Positions 52,311 to 64,000 of a DNA stretch of 64,000 nt are shown here, piece by piece. Below the pieces are notes generated by a model. It ran no database searches and had not been told where the DNA came from. It worked only from the letters and a program-made list of their open reading frames with translations. Both the position numbers and the translations under genes were made by a program. The stretch is from Chiloscyllium plagiosum (Eukaryota): the NCBI RefSeq assembly GCF_004010195.1, contig NC_057718.1:59631622-59695621 (forward strand), read 5' to 3'. Numbering within the stretch: position 1 is the stretch's first letter; every line of letters starts with the position of its first letter.

Positions 52311-52610
52311 CATCATACTTTGCTGTTTTGAGTTTATCTGACCAGAATATTGTCAGCTTTTCACCTGCAGTATATGAAATCGTGTTCACTTGTTGCCATT
52401 GCTCCTTTGTGAATAAGCATGAAACAGTTGTGTAGTGCTGAAAATGTCACTTCCAGACTGCATATATCTGACCATGTTGTGGGCTTTATATATTATCAAA
52501 TAGTTGAGGTAATGGCAAAAACTACCACCTTTATTGACAAGCATGTCTTACTATCCAGGTAAGGACTTGCATTTTTCCCTTTTTACTATGCATTCTTTGG
52601 TATCTGTGAA

Positions 52611-52905
52611 AAATAGAAACATAGAAAATAGATGCAGGAGTAGGCCATTTATCCCTTCAAGCCTACACCACCATTCAATATGATCATGACTGATCATGCA
52701 AATTCATAATCCCATTCCTGCTTTCTCTCCATACCTCTTGATTCCTTTAGCTGCCAGTGCCACGCCCAGCTCCCTCTTGAAGTATCTGGAGAACTGGCCC
52801 CAACAGCTCCCTGTGGGAGAAAATTCCACAGGTTCACAACTCTCTGAGTGAAGAAATTCTTCCTCATCTCAGTCCTGAATGGCCTACCCCTTATTCTTAG
52901 ACTGA
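52611..52905 (-). mobile_element. CR1 3' end
   Basis: ATAGAAACATAGAAAATAG..GCAGGAGTAGGCCATT tail and typical CR1 3' sequence. Confidence 0.8.
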
Positions 52906-53289
52906 GGTATCATCAGTTCATGCCTTGAACTCAAATTCTTCATGCCGTGTAGTCCCATGTTCCAAGTCTTAATTTTCTTGAAGTCTTGCTGGACTTTGGA
53001 GTCTTAATAATAGCCTTCCACATTTCTCCTGTGACAGATTTTAAACAAACTGTCCTGTACCTTTTTTACTTTCTGTCTCCCCTTTTGATTAAATGTGTAT
53101 ATTCATTATTTCCAATCCAATGGGATATTTTCCAAATAAAAAGTTTTTTTTAAAAAATGAAACCAATGCATCAATGCAATCTTTGGATGAAATCCAATAG
53201 CATCAGGGTACCTCTCAGCAACATTCCCTGTAAGCTATGCAGTTATGTGGCCACATACCAATCTGTGTGCTTATGACATTCTTAGCAAT

Positions 53290-54525
53290 GCTGGTAGGGA
53301 GGGTATTCCAGGATTTTCATCCAATGATATTAAAAGAACACCAAGATATTTTCAAGTCAAAATGGTGAGTTGCTTGTTCCATTATCTGCTTTTATTCTTT
53401 AGGATGGTAAAAGTTGTGGGTTTGGAAGTTGCTGTCTAAAGAGACTTAGTGCATTGCTACAGTGCATCAATGTTTGTAGATGTGAAGCCAATTAAGGGGG
53501 CTTTGTCTTTGTAAATGCCAAACTTCTTGAGTGTTATTGGAACTTTCCTTATCTAGGGAAGTGGGGAGTATTCTATCATACTCCTGACATGTGCCTTATA
53601 TGCGGTGGATGGGCTCTGGGCATTTAGGATCTTAACCTCTGACCACAGTATTTATATGGCTAGTCTAGATTAGTTTCTGCTCTACAGTAGCACCAAAGTA
53701 TGTTCATTGTAGAGGACTCAGAGATGGTAATATTATTGAATGACAAAAGGGCAATAGTTTCATTCTCTCTTGTTGGAGATAGCAATTACCTGGTGCTTGT
53801 GTAATATGACAGCCCAGTCTGTATTTTGTCAGATCTTACTGCATTTGAACTTGGACTGCTTTAATATCTGAGGAGTCTTCAATGGTGCTGAACATTGTGC
53901 AACTATTGGCGAACATTCCCACTTCAGATGGAGGGAAGCTCATGGATGAGGCAACTGAAGATGTTTGAGTCAAGAACACTATCCTGAGGAACTCCTGCCG
54001 AGATGTGCTGGAGCTGAGATGACTGACCTTCAACAGCCACAACCATTCCTATTGATTCCAGCTTTCCACTTGATTCCTATTGATTCCAGCTTTGCTCAGG
54101 CTCCATGCTGCCACATTCAGTCAAGTGTTGCCTAGTTGTCAAGAGAAGTCACTTCCGCCTTGAGTTCAGTTCTTTTGTTCATGGTTGAACTAATGCTGTG
54201 ATGAGGTCAGGAGCTGAGAGGTCCCAGTGGAACCAAACTGAAAATCAGTGATCAGGTTATTACTAAGCAAGTGCTCCTCGTTAGCACTGTTATTAAACAG
54301 GTCCAGATGATCAAGAATAGACTGATGGGGTGGTATTTAGTGGGATTGAATTTCTTCCACATCGTTTTTGTACAGGATATACCCAGGTAATTTTCCATAT
54401 TGCTGAAGAGTTACTGGTGTATTAGCTGCACTGGAACAGCTTGGCTTGGGGCCCAGCTAGTTCTGGAACCCAAGCCTTCTGTACTATAGAATGTTGTCAG
54501 GGCCCATAGGCTTTGCAGCATCCTG
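53290..54525 (-). mobile_element. Degenerate CR1-group LINE RT (second family)
   Basis: Minus strand gives ISAGVPQDSVL and SEVGMFANSCTMFSTIEDSSD (decayed MFADDC RT motif). Confidence 0.7.
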
Positions 54526-56429
54526 TCCAAAGCAGGCTTCCAGTCAGGGAATGGGTTCCACGTTTGTGGCACCAATCTGGACCACACTACCGTCCAACTA
54601 AATGAATCAACCAACCAAATTGCTGTGGCAACATATATTTTTACATGCGTGTTGTTACCTGGAGCTGCGGGTAATGATGATTTTTTACATCACATGGCTG
54701 ACCAATTTCATAGTCTGTCATTGGAAAGACTTAAAGTTTATTGTCAACCTGTTTAGCCATGATATAAATATACTCCCCTTAGTCATAGGACTTGGAATGT
54801 GATTTGAATCCTGAGCCTCTGGCTCAGAGGTAGGGATGCTACCATGGTTCCACAATGACCACCCATGAACAATGTTCTGCACTGTTAATGTAGCAGTATG
54901 TGAAATAATATGACGCTGATAGCAATTGTTACACTTAAGATTGCACTATCTAAAGTACAGAGATTTATTGCTTCTATATTTAAGAGAGCTTTGGATTTTA
55001 TTTGATGACTTTAAACCAAAACAATTAATCCCGTGCATTTCCCTTTAAAATGGTTTTCATAGAAGCAGCAGCTAACAGCATAAATTTCAGTCCTTTTTAG
55101 AGAAGAATTAGTTTCAACTCAAACAATCAATTCTTCTCTTATTAAACTTAAGTTGACCAGTGCACAGTAATGTATTCAGCATTGATCGTTTCTGTTGATC
55201 TTCTGTTGCCAGTCCACTTCTCACATACAAAGTTTGTCAATGCAGTGGCCCTTCTTGAAAGAAAGGGAGATTAATAAAAAACAAATTAGACTGTAAATCA
55301 ACTACTTTATTAGTGAATCAGCTTCTTTTATTCCCAATGAATCAATTGGGGCATCCAAATTACACATTTTCAAAAAAATCTCTTAATTGATATTGTAAAA
55401 TATTACACACACAAATGAGTTTTCAATAATTTGGAGTATTTGTATGTAAAATTCATCTATTCTCACCTTGGTGTAGAAATGCTGTCATTAATCTGAGAGA
55501 ATTAAAGCTAAATTCAATGTCTGATTTTGTTTACTGCTGTGACATATGTATATTATTGAGTAGATATGAGCAAATTAAGCTGACAGCACAGGATGTAATG
55601 ATCCAAACAGCCAAGGTCATTTTACTCTGCCTGTGGGCTGAAAAATCAATAACTAATCAATATCTTTTTATTAAAAAAACAAAGCAATTCTGATGTAATT
55701 AAAGTAAACAAAACAACCATAACAAAAACCTCAATTGATAGGTTTAAATATTTCAGAATGAAGAACTGCTTTGCAAACTTCTACTTAATTGCAAAGTCAT
55801 ATTCAAAATGTGACTTGTTTAGAAGTGTTATTAATAATAAACACTTGAACAAATCACAGACTGTTATGTTTCACTGTGTGTGCAGTAGCTGGATGGTTAC
55901 ACTTACAGCTGCACTCCAATAAAACCCCAGCTTTAACTCTTGACAGGCAGGGACCACAGTGAGCAGCAACCTGAGCCAATGGCAACAATGTGAGGCCCAG
56001 GCCTCATCCAACTTAGGCCTTGTCAGTCACCTTCCTTTAATGCATTCTTAACAGCAGCTGGTTGCCTGGAGAAAGTGGAAGTCAGTTATAAGGACGTTGG
56101 CCCATGCATTTTAGTTAAACAACTGGTATGTGGCTTCGTTCAGAAGATCATTTAACTGATTCTTAACATTACCTTTACTGGAGTTATCTACTACTCAATT
56201 CCTTGTTACTTCCACTTTCCTTTTATGTTCCAGGTCGGTGTGCTTATATTGTTTAAGATATAGCCAAAGATGCACTTTAATATGCTTCTGTTTATTTTTG
56301 GCAATGCAAGATAGTGTTCTACTATTACTAACAACACAATAAATCCTTTCAAAGGAATTGATGAGGCAATCACCTATTCAACTCTTGTGGAATAAAAGCA
56401 TTAATGTTGAATATACAAATAAAGAGGAT

Positions 56430-57690
56430 GAGTATACCATTCAGCCCCTCAAATCTGCTTCATCATTTAATAAGATCATGGCTGATCTCATTGTAACTTC
56501 AAATCCATATTCCTGCTACCTCTGATAGCCTTTCACCCTCTTACTTCACAAGAATGTATCCATATCTACCTTAAAAATATTAAGATTCTGTTTCCACCAC
56601 ATTTTAGTAAGGGAGTTCCAAAGAATCATAACACTCTAAAAATGGCCTCCTCTGTGTTTGAATCCCTTATTTTCAACAGTGACCTCACCTTCTAGATTCA
56701 CCCGTAAGAGGGACCATCCTCTCTATATCGGTTCTGTGAAGATCCCTCAGGATCTTAAATGTTTCAATCAAATTGCCTCTGAGACATCTAAACTCCAGCA
56801 GATACAATCATATCCACAAACCTTTCCTCATTATACAGCACACCCATTCCAAGTTTCAGTCTTGTAAACCTTCCCTGAACTGTTTTCAGCACATTTACAG
56901 CTTATCACTGCCTTGTAGCAATGAAGGATAGCCACCCTACATTTGTATTCCAGTCCTCTTGCAGTAAATAATAACATTCAATCAGCTTTCCTAGTTACAT
57001 GTTGTAACTGCGTAATAGACTTTTGTAAGTGATGCATTATGAAACCCAGATTCCTCTGCATCTCAGAATTCTGCAACCTTTCACCATTTAGATAATACGT
57101 TTTTAAAACTTTTTTCCTACCAATATGAACAATTTCACATTTTCCGATATTAGTCTCCATTTGCCATGTCTTTGTCACTCACTTAAATTAACTATGTCTT
57201 TTCAAAGAATCCTTACGTCCACTTTACAATTACTTTTCTATCTACTTTGGTTAATTAGCAAATTTGGCAACTGCATCTTCGGTCCCTTCACATAAGTCCT
57301 TGACATAAAATGTAAACAGTTGAGGTCCCAACACTTTGGCACACCACTCATTACACTCTGCCAACCTGAAAATTACACATTTACATCTACACTGCTTCTT
57401 GTTAGCCAGCCAAGCTTCTATCCATGCCAGTATGCTACAACTTACACCATGAGCTTTGCTTTTTTGCAATAGCTTTGATGTGGAACTTTATCACATTCAT
57501 TCTGGAAATGAGTATATCTTCAGCACTCTCCCTTTATCCACAGCATATTTTACATTCTCAAATAACTCCAGTAGATTGGATATCCCTTTCAAAAAACCAT
57601 TTGACTCTGTCTAATTACATTTAACTTACCTAAATGCCCTGCTATAAATATATTATGGTAGTTTCTAACATTTGATCTTTGACAGATGGA
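56430..57690 (-). mobile_element. Old CR1 RT and 3' end
   Basis: KAHGV..ILAWIEAWLANKKQ; LGPQLFTFYVKDL..VAKFAN; WQME.NIGKCEIVHIG. Confidence 0.75.
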
Positions 57691-57959
57691 TGGAATTATT
57701 CATGACCATTTTAAAATCTTTTATAATTTTGGAAGTTGTTATTAGACAGATCTCCCTTTTAACTTGCTAATCCAACAGGTAAAAGCTCTAATTCTTGAAC
57801 CTTTGATCCCTATAGTCTCTAATTTCTACTATCACTGCATTTATCTATATGATTACCTTCCTATGTCCTACAATCCCTTCTTCTAAGTACATAATAGTCC
57901 ACCAATGGCCTGACCAATATAATGAATAGTAGATTGAGAAATGATAGATGAAAACACTT

Positions 57960-58284
57960 TCTAAACAATTGGATCCCCCCAAAAATGTGAAAGTCTAAGA
58001 GATGCAGGTACACAGATGATCAATATATTCCATACAAGTCCAGAAAATAATGAAGAAATCTGTGATGATAAACTGGTCTCTATATATATATAAAGCATTT
58101 GAAAACTGAAGGGCAGGGTAGAAGTATGTGACAGTTCTATAAAACTTTGGCTAGACTAAACTTGGAATACTGTGTTCTAATTTGGGCACCAGACCTTGGG
58201 AAAGATGAACACCTTTGCAGTGAGTGCAGCACAGATTTACAGAAATATGCCTGACCGCCAAGGGTTAAATCTCAAGGAGAGATT
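57960..58284 (+). mobile_element. Old CR1 RT C-terminal fragment
   Basis: FYKTLARLNLEYCVLIWAP..VQHRFTE..P motifs. Confidence 0.55.
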
Positions 58285-58950
58285 ACCATCGCTGAATCCT
58301 CCACTGTCAACATCCTGGAGGTTACCATTGACTAGAAATTATCTGGAGTCACCACATAAACACAATGGCTACAATAAGAGGTCAGTGACTAGGAACACTG
58401 CGGCAAGTAACTCATCCCCAGACACTACAAAGCCTATCCACCATCGACAAGGCACAAGTCGGGAGAATATTGGGATACTCCCCACTTGCCTGAATGAGTG
58501 TGGATTCAACAACACTCAGGAAGCTTGAAATGCTGTTAAGGACAAAGCAGCCGCTTGATTGGCACCATATCCACAAAACATCCGCTTCTTCCACCACTGA
58601 GGCTTAGTTGCAGCAGTGTGTAAGCTCTATAAGATGCACTGCAGAAATTAACAAAAGATAGCACCTTCCCACCCACTTCCATCAAGAAGAACAAGGGCAA
58701 CTAATACGTGGGAACACCATCAGCTGAAAGTCCTCCTCCAAGCCACTCACCATCCTGACTTGGAAATCTATCACCATTCCTGCAGTATCTCTGTGTAAAA
58801 AACTTGGAATTCCCTCCCAATGGCATTGTGGGTCTACCTCCAGCAGGTGGACTGCAAGGCAACTCACCACCAACTTCTCAACGACAACCAAGGACAGGCA
58901 ATAAATACTAGCCAGCCAGGAACATCCATGTCCCTTGAGTGATTAAAAAC
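58285..58950 (+). mobile_element. 3' end of a CR1-group LINE (same family as 53290-54525)
   Basis: INILGVTID-like and LSTI.KAQV..EYSP-like motifs; ends GGACAGGCAATAAATACTAGCCAGCCAGGAACATCCATGTCCCTTGAGTGATTAAAAA. Confidence 0.75.
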
Positions 58951-58989
58951 ATTCAAGTAGGGTAGGAAATATGAATGTATTTGACAGTA

Positions 58990-60185
58990 TAATTTAGGCG
59001 ATAGATAGTGTAGCTAAAATTGTGTTGGCAGCCCAATGCCAGGGTTAAGAATATCTTCTCAGGCCTGAAGAGTAAACTGTCATGAGAGAGATCCATGTTT
59101 TTGTCCATGTTGGTACTAATGACATTGATAGGGCTAGAAAGGAGGTATTGCTGAAGTAAACTGAATGGTTAGAATTTAAATTAGAAAGTAGAACTTCCAA
59201 GTATTCATAGGATTACTTCTTGAGCCATGGACGACTAATATCAGGCAAATCAAGCCAATGAGTTAAATGCATGTGTAGAAGGAATGGGCTTCAATTTATA
59301 GGACATTGATACAAATATGGGGATAGAGGGGAGCTGTTCCAGTAGGATGGGCTTCACTTGAACCGTGCTGACAATGTCCTGCTGAATTAAGGATGTAGAT
59401 AAGGCCTTAAACTAAATAGATGCATGGAGGACTTGGGAGAGGGAAACATAGGCTTCCAAAGTAAAAGGATATGTCAACATTTCAGGGCAACAAATCTCTC
59501 CCAGATGGAGAAAGGAAGGGACAGATTATATAAATATTACAAAAAAGCAGCAAATAGGGTCAAAGAGAAGGAAACAATAAAAAGACAAAACTAATGTATC
59601 TTTATTTAAATGCACATGATATTTAAAACTAAATAAATGAATTAATAGAGGTTAATGAGTCTGATATTATAGCCTTTGCAGAGACATGATTTGAAGGAAC
59701 ACATTTGAGGGAATGTGATTTTTAAAAAGGGTCGGTAGGAAGGAAAGGGTGGTGGGGTAGCTTTACTTGTAAGAGATGGATTAAGTATCAGCAAGAATCA
59801 ATCTTGGATTGAAAGATGTACAACCCATATGGTTGGAGGTAATAAATAACAACAAGAAAACATACTGATGAGAGTAGTTTATACACTTCCTAACAATACC
59901 TGTACTGTAGGAGAGAGAATAAATCAGAGTCAGTGAGGGCATGTATAAGGGCAATACATTAATCATGGGAGACTTTATTCCATGTAGATTGGGGAAATCA
60001 AATTGGCAGAGGTAGCCAGCAGGGAGAATTTGTGGAGTACATACAGTACAATTTCCTAGGACAATGTGTTATGGATCTAACAGGGATTAGGCTATTTTGG
60101 ATCTGGTAATGTTTAATGAGGTAGATTTAATAAATGATCTCGGAGTACAAAGATACCCCAGGCACCAGTGACCGTAGCATGGAAG
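58990..60185 (+). mobile_element. Decayed CR1 5' region: ORF1 SGNH esterase plus ORF2 APE endonuclease
   Basis: VHVGTNDI and WDRGELFQ*DGLHLN (esterase); LYLNA, KGGGVALLVRD, IMGDF and AILDLV (endonuclease). Confidence 0.7.
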
Positions 60186-60729
60186 CCAGTTAATACTGTA
60201 AAAGCAAATGCTTGCCTTATCTGACTGGAGCCATCAGTGGCAAAGTGCACCTAATTTCCTGTCCTCTCAAACATGACATCAGTCATGTCTGTGATGAATT
60301 TTGAGCAAACCTTGATATATTAACCTGGATTTTTTTAAATAATAGTGTCGTTATTCCCTAGCATAGAATACTCCAATGGAATTGCTTGGGAAGCTGATTA
60401 CCTGTATTCCTCTGGGCAACTCCTCTGCCTCTGGTACCCTCTAAATGTTTCCATTTAAATCACAATGTTAGTTATCACAACACACGCTAGCCACCTGGCA
60501 CACAACTTACGTGCTACACTATCCCCTATTCATCTGCTGCCTACCATCTCAACTTCATGCTTACCTTGTGCAATTACCCTTTTACAACCAATGTCAAAGT
60601 GGCTGTCAGGACCTTTAAATTTCAGCAGATAGCAGCTGATCTCTGTGGCAAGGGGATGTGGTTTGCCTTCCCCGAAGTTATGTGCTATGGAAGTGCAGTC
60701 AGAATGGAAGCACAGCTCCACATCACTTA

Positions 60730-61440
60730 CAGTCCCCATAAGCTGACACCCCCACTCATTCCTTTAGAATCCAACATCTCTGAACACTCCAGACCCACTT
60801 TCCCCTTCCTCCACTTGATACCCAATACCCCTTCACCATCCAGGAGCCTTCAGCCCTACCCATCTCCCAACCCCTCCCCATCCCACACCACCTTTCATTC
60901 ACTTTGATCTAGCACTTGTTCCCTTCCTTCTCTCCAGACCTGAAACCTCCTTCTACTTGTTTCGATCCTCACCCTGCCTCGATCTTCACTCTGCCTTTGC
61001 ATACTCCAGACTCTCTCCCTGCTTACTCTTCAACCTATCTTCCCCCATTCCTCTCAATTCTGGAGCTGTAACTGTTTTTCCCTACTCCAGACCCACTCCC
61101 TATTCCCCACTCCAGTCTCACTGTCCCCTCACTCTAAGACCTGAACCTTCCATCCCTCTGGCCAAAATTCCCATTCACCTGCTGCTGAGCCCAATTCGCT
61201 TCCCAACCTCTCCTGCCTCTGCTGGACCTGATTTTTCCCAACCATCCTGATCTACTCTAAACTGTGCATCACTTACCTGGTTTGCTTAACATCTTGCACT
61301 CTAGCATCCTATTCCCTGACACTCAACCTCCTACACTCCTGGCACTCTACACCCTGATACCATTTTCCCTACCCAGCCAGACTTTACCTAGCTGGCACTC
61401 TGTTTACCTGAATAACTCACAGCTTACTCATATAGTATGC
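60730..61440. repeat. Pyrimidine-rich degenerate low-complexity repeat
   Basis: C/T-rich, with recurring CTCCAGACCC-like motifs. Confidence 0.5.
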
Positions 61441-62116
61441 TTTCCTTTCATTTACCTTATATAAAAGTAGGAAAGGCCGCCAGTAATTCTGGACCTTTAC
61501 ATAGTACGTGCTATGGAAGGACTGTTGGAATGAAAGTATGGCTCTGCATTCCTGAGGCAGATCTACGCAGAATGCCCTCTTAAGAAATCAGAACTCTTTT
61601 CTTTCACTGAACTGGCAATCTGAGGGAGGTTACTACCCCTAACTTTGGCATTAAAGTAGGAGTGGGGGAGCGTGAACATGCAGAGTGCATGACCAGCAAA
61701 CCCTGTTATGTTTGGTTACCAACTTCCAGGTTAGGACACTTAAGGCCTCATCAAGGAACCCGGCATAATTTTGGTGAAAGGTCACAGAATTGAGATTTTA
61801 ACTTCTGCTTCTCCCTGTGTCGATGCTGACAGATTTGCTGACCATTTTACTCACCATTTGTGCATCTGCTACTTGAAACTCAACTGCAAATTTCACATTT
61901 GGTCAATCTAGGAGACCATTTTGAAGTTCCACTCCCACCACCAATGATCGCAAGCCTGAAAGTTATGTTATAATTTATCATCCTGTTTCCACGACGACAG
62001 ACAGCTCTATACCAGGCGATGACTTTGCAGTATGATGCTGTCACAAAGTCTACATTTGCCTGCGTTAGGTATGGTGTAAGTGAAGTTTGTTGGAGTGGTT
62101 GTTAGAGTTCAGTTCA

Positions 62117-62430
62117 GAATTGGTAGCAAAATCATAAATGTATTCTGTATATTCTGATTTATAATTTACTTATAATTTTATAAGTAAATGCGCTTAAAAA
62201 TGTGTTGCTGGAAAAGTGCAGCAGGTCAGGCAGCATCAAAGGAACAGGAGAATCGATGTTTCGGGCATAAGCCCTTCTTCAGGAACACATTTTTAAGCGC
62301 ATTTACTCGCAATATATAGTGAAATCATAAGTCAGAATATACAGAATACATTTATGATTTTGCTACCAATTCCTTGAAAAAGCTCTCCTCCTCCCTCTCT
62401 CCAGCATCTGCAGTCCTCACTTTCTCCTAG
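62117..62430. mobile_element. Penelope pLTR-derived insertion with ~90-bp AT-rich inverted arms
   Basis: 62117-~62206 and ~62284-62371 are inverted; the hammerhead-bearing segment lies between them; a pLTR end (CCAGCATCTGCAGTCCTCACTTTCTCC) follows. Confidence 0.8.
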
Positions 62431-63018
62431 TTGATTGAGAGTAAATGATCTTTCTCAATTCACAATTAGTGAAAAATATATATTTTCTGATGAAAAACTT
62501 TCTTCTCTTTTACTCTGTGTTGTTTCAGCAGTTCTTTCTTTTTCATGTATTTGTCTTTTATCACTGTCCCAATGGTTTGCATACAACAGAATTCCATCAC
62601 TTTTATGAGTATTTAGAGATGAAATACATTATTTTTCCTGATATTACAATTCTTCAAATACACAAATAAACCAAATCCAATCACTAATGTATAATTTATG
62701 GCTAAACATAAAAAGGACATGACCATCTGTGTAGTGTTTTGCTGTGGACTCGTAATGTACTCATTGCAGTGATCCACAGTGCCCAAGAGAGGGCATTAGT
62801 TTGTCTTCTGACAATAATGCATAAACATTAAAGACTGAGAAGCAACTGAAATTTAAACTTGAAATTCTTTCTCATTATCAAAAGCTATTTCAGTGTTGAC
62901 CTCTCTGATTATAAACCTGCAAATATCTCTAATATTATACTGATAGTTATTTTTAATAGTTCATGATTATGAGAACACATTATTTTTAATGATTATTGGG
63001 TTTTGGTTGATAGTGTTA

Positions 63019-63605
63019 ATAGAGTCATAGCATTGTACAGCACAGAAACAGACCCTTTGGTCCAAATCGTCCATGCCAACCAGATATCCAAAATTAATCC
63101 AGTTCCATTTGCCAGCATTTGACCCATATCCCTCCCGAACCTTTCTTATTCATATACACACCCAGATGCCTTTTAAATGTTGTAATTGTACCAGCCTCCA
63201 CCACTTCCTCTGGCAGCTCATTCCATACACCATTTTGCATGAAAATGTTGCCCTTAGGTCCCTTTTAAATCTTTCCCCTCTCACCTTAAACATATGCCCA
63301 CTAGTTTTGGACTTCCCCACCCTGGGGAAACTATTTTGGCAATTCACCCTATCCATGCCCCTCATGATTTTATACATCACTGTAAGGTCACAACTCAGTT
63401 TCTGATGCCCCAAGGAATATTGCCCCAGCCTATTCAGCCTCTCCCCATAGCTCAAACCCTCCTTTTCTGAACGCTTTCAAGTTTAACAAAATTTTTCCAA
63501 TAACAGGGAGTCAGAATTGCATGCAATATTCCAAAAATGGCCTAACCAATATCCTGAACAGTCACAACATGATCTCCCAACTCCTACACTCAATGCACCG
63601 ATCAA
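63019..63605 (-). mobile_element. CR1 3' fragment
   Basis: ATAGAGTCATAG tail; ORF 63150..63455 reads SYGERLNRLG.YSL..MYKIMRGMDRVN. Confidence 0.88.
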
Positions 63606-64000
63606 TACAGGCAATTTGCTTTATAATTTCATTTTGAGAGAAAGATTATGGGTAACTCAAGATGGAGAATGGGAAAAACGTGTGGCTGTAAGAGTTGCTC
63701 CTTCATTGAGGCATTTTAGGTGCTAGTAATTACTGCTTATGAGCTGTTGCATTGTTTTGGAAATTGGGGAGGAAAAGATCAAAACAACAGCACGGTATAA
63801 AGGAAGAAGAGAGACAAAGGCAGTGACCACATGGTCAGTGAATCAAATGAGAAAGAGACCTAACTGCTGCCTGACACAGCAGTGAATCTGCACAGCTACT
63901 GCCTTTGCTGTTTAATTTCAAGAATCTCTGGACATCTGGACATCTCGGAAAAATTAACAAACAACAAAATTCACAGCTGACCATGGAGGAACCTGTGTGG

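Noticed and set aside
63640..64000. Start of another repeat at the window edge
   Set aside because: It is truncated and I cannot assign it to a family from the sequence alone.

Overview
This is vertebrate genomic DNA, most likely from a shark (chondrichthyan), judging by its HE1-like V-SINEs, its CR1 families with (CATAGAA)n/(CATAGAGT)n tails, and its Penelope pseudo-LTR hairpins. It is AT-rich intronic or intergenic sequence with no intact host protein-coding gene that I can support. The ORF track is mostly retroelement fragments or chance ORFs. Contents: many CR1 LINE fragments, Rex1/Babar fragments, Penelope RT and GIY-YIG fragments, tRNA-derived SINEs, two pol-deleted Gypsy-type LTR elements, two related solo LTRs, a 41-bp minisatellite running into a 500-N gap, and repeat-poor stretches that may be enhancers. 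Best finding: a ~2-kb LTR element (~40950-42950) in which an intronless, decayed copy of the PRDM5 C2H2 zinc-finger array sits after a Gypsy gag where pol should be, i.e. LTR-mediated capture of host mRNA. Second: about 10 short Penelope pLTR-derived insertions carrying minimal hammerhead-ribozyme cores, several with long inverted repeats and target-site duplications (TSDs). All family assignments come from motif recognition by eye, not database searches.
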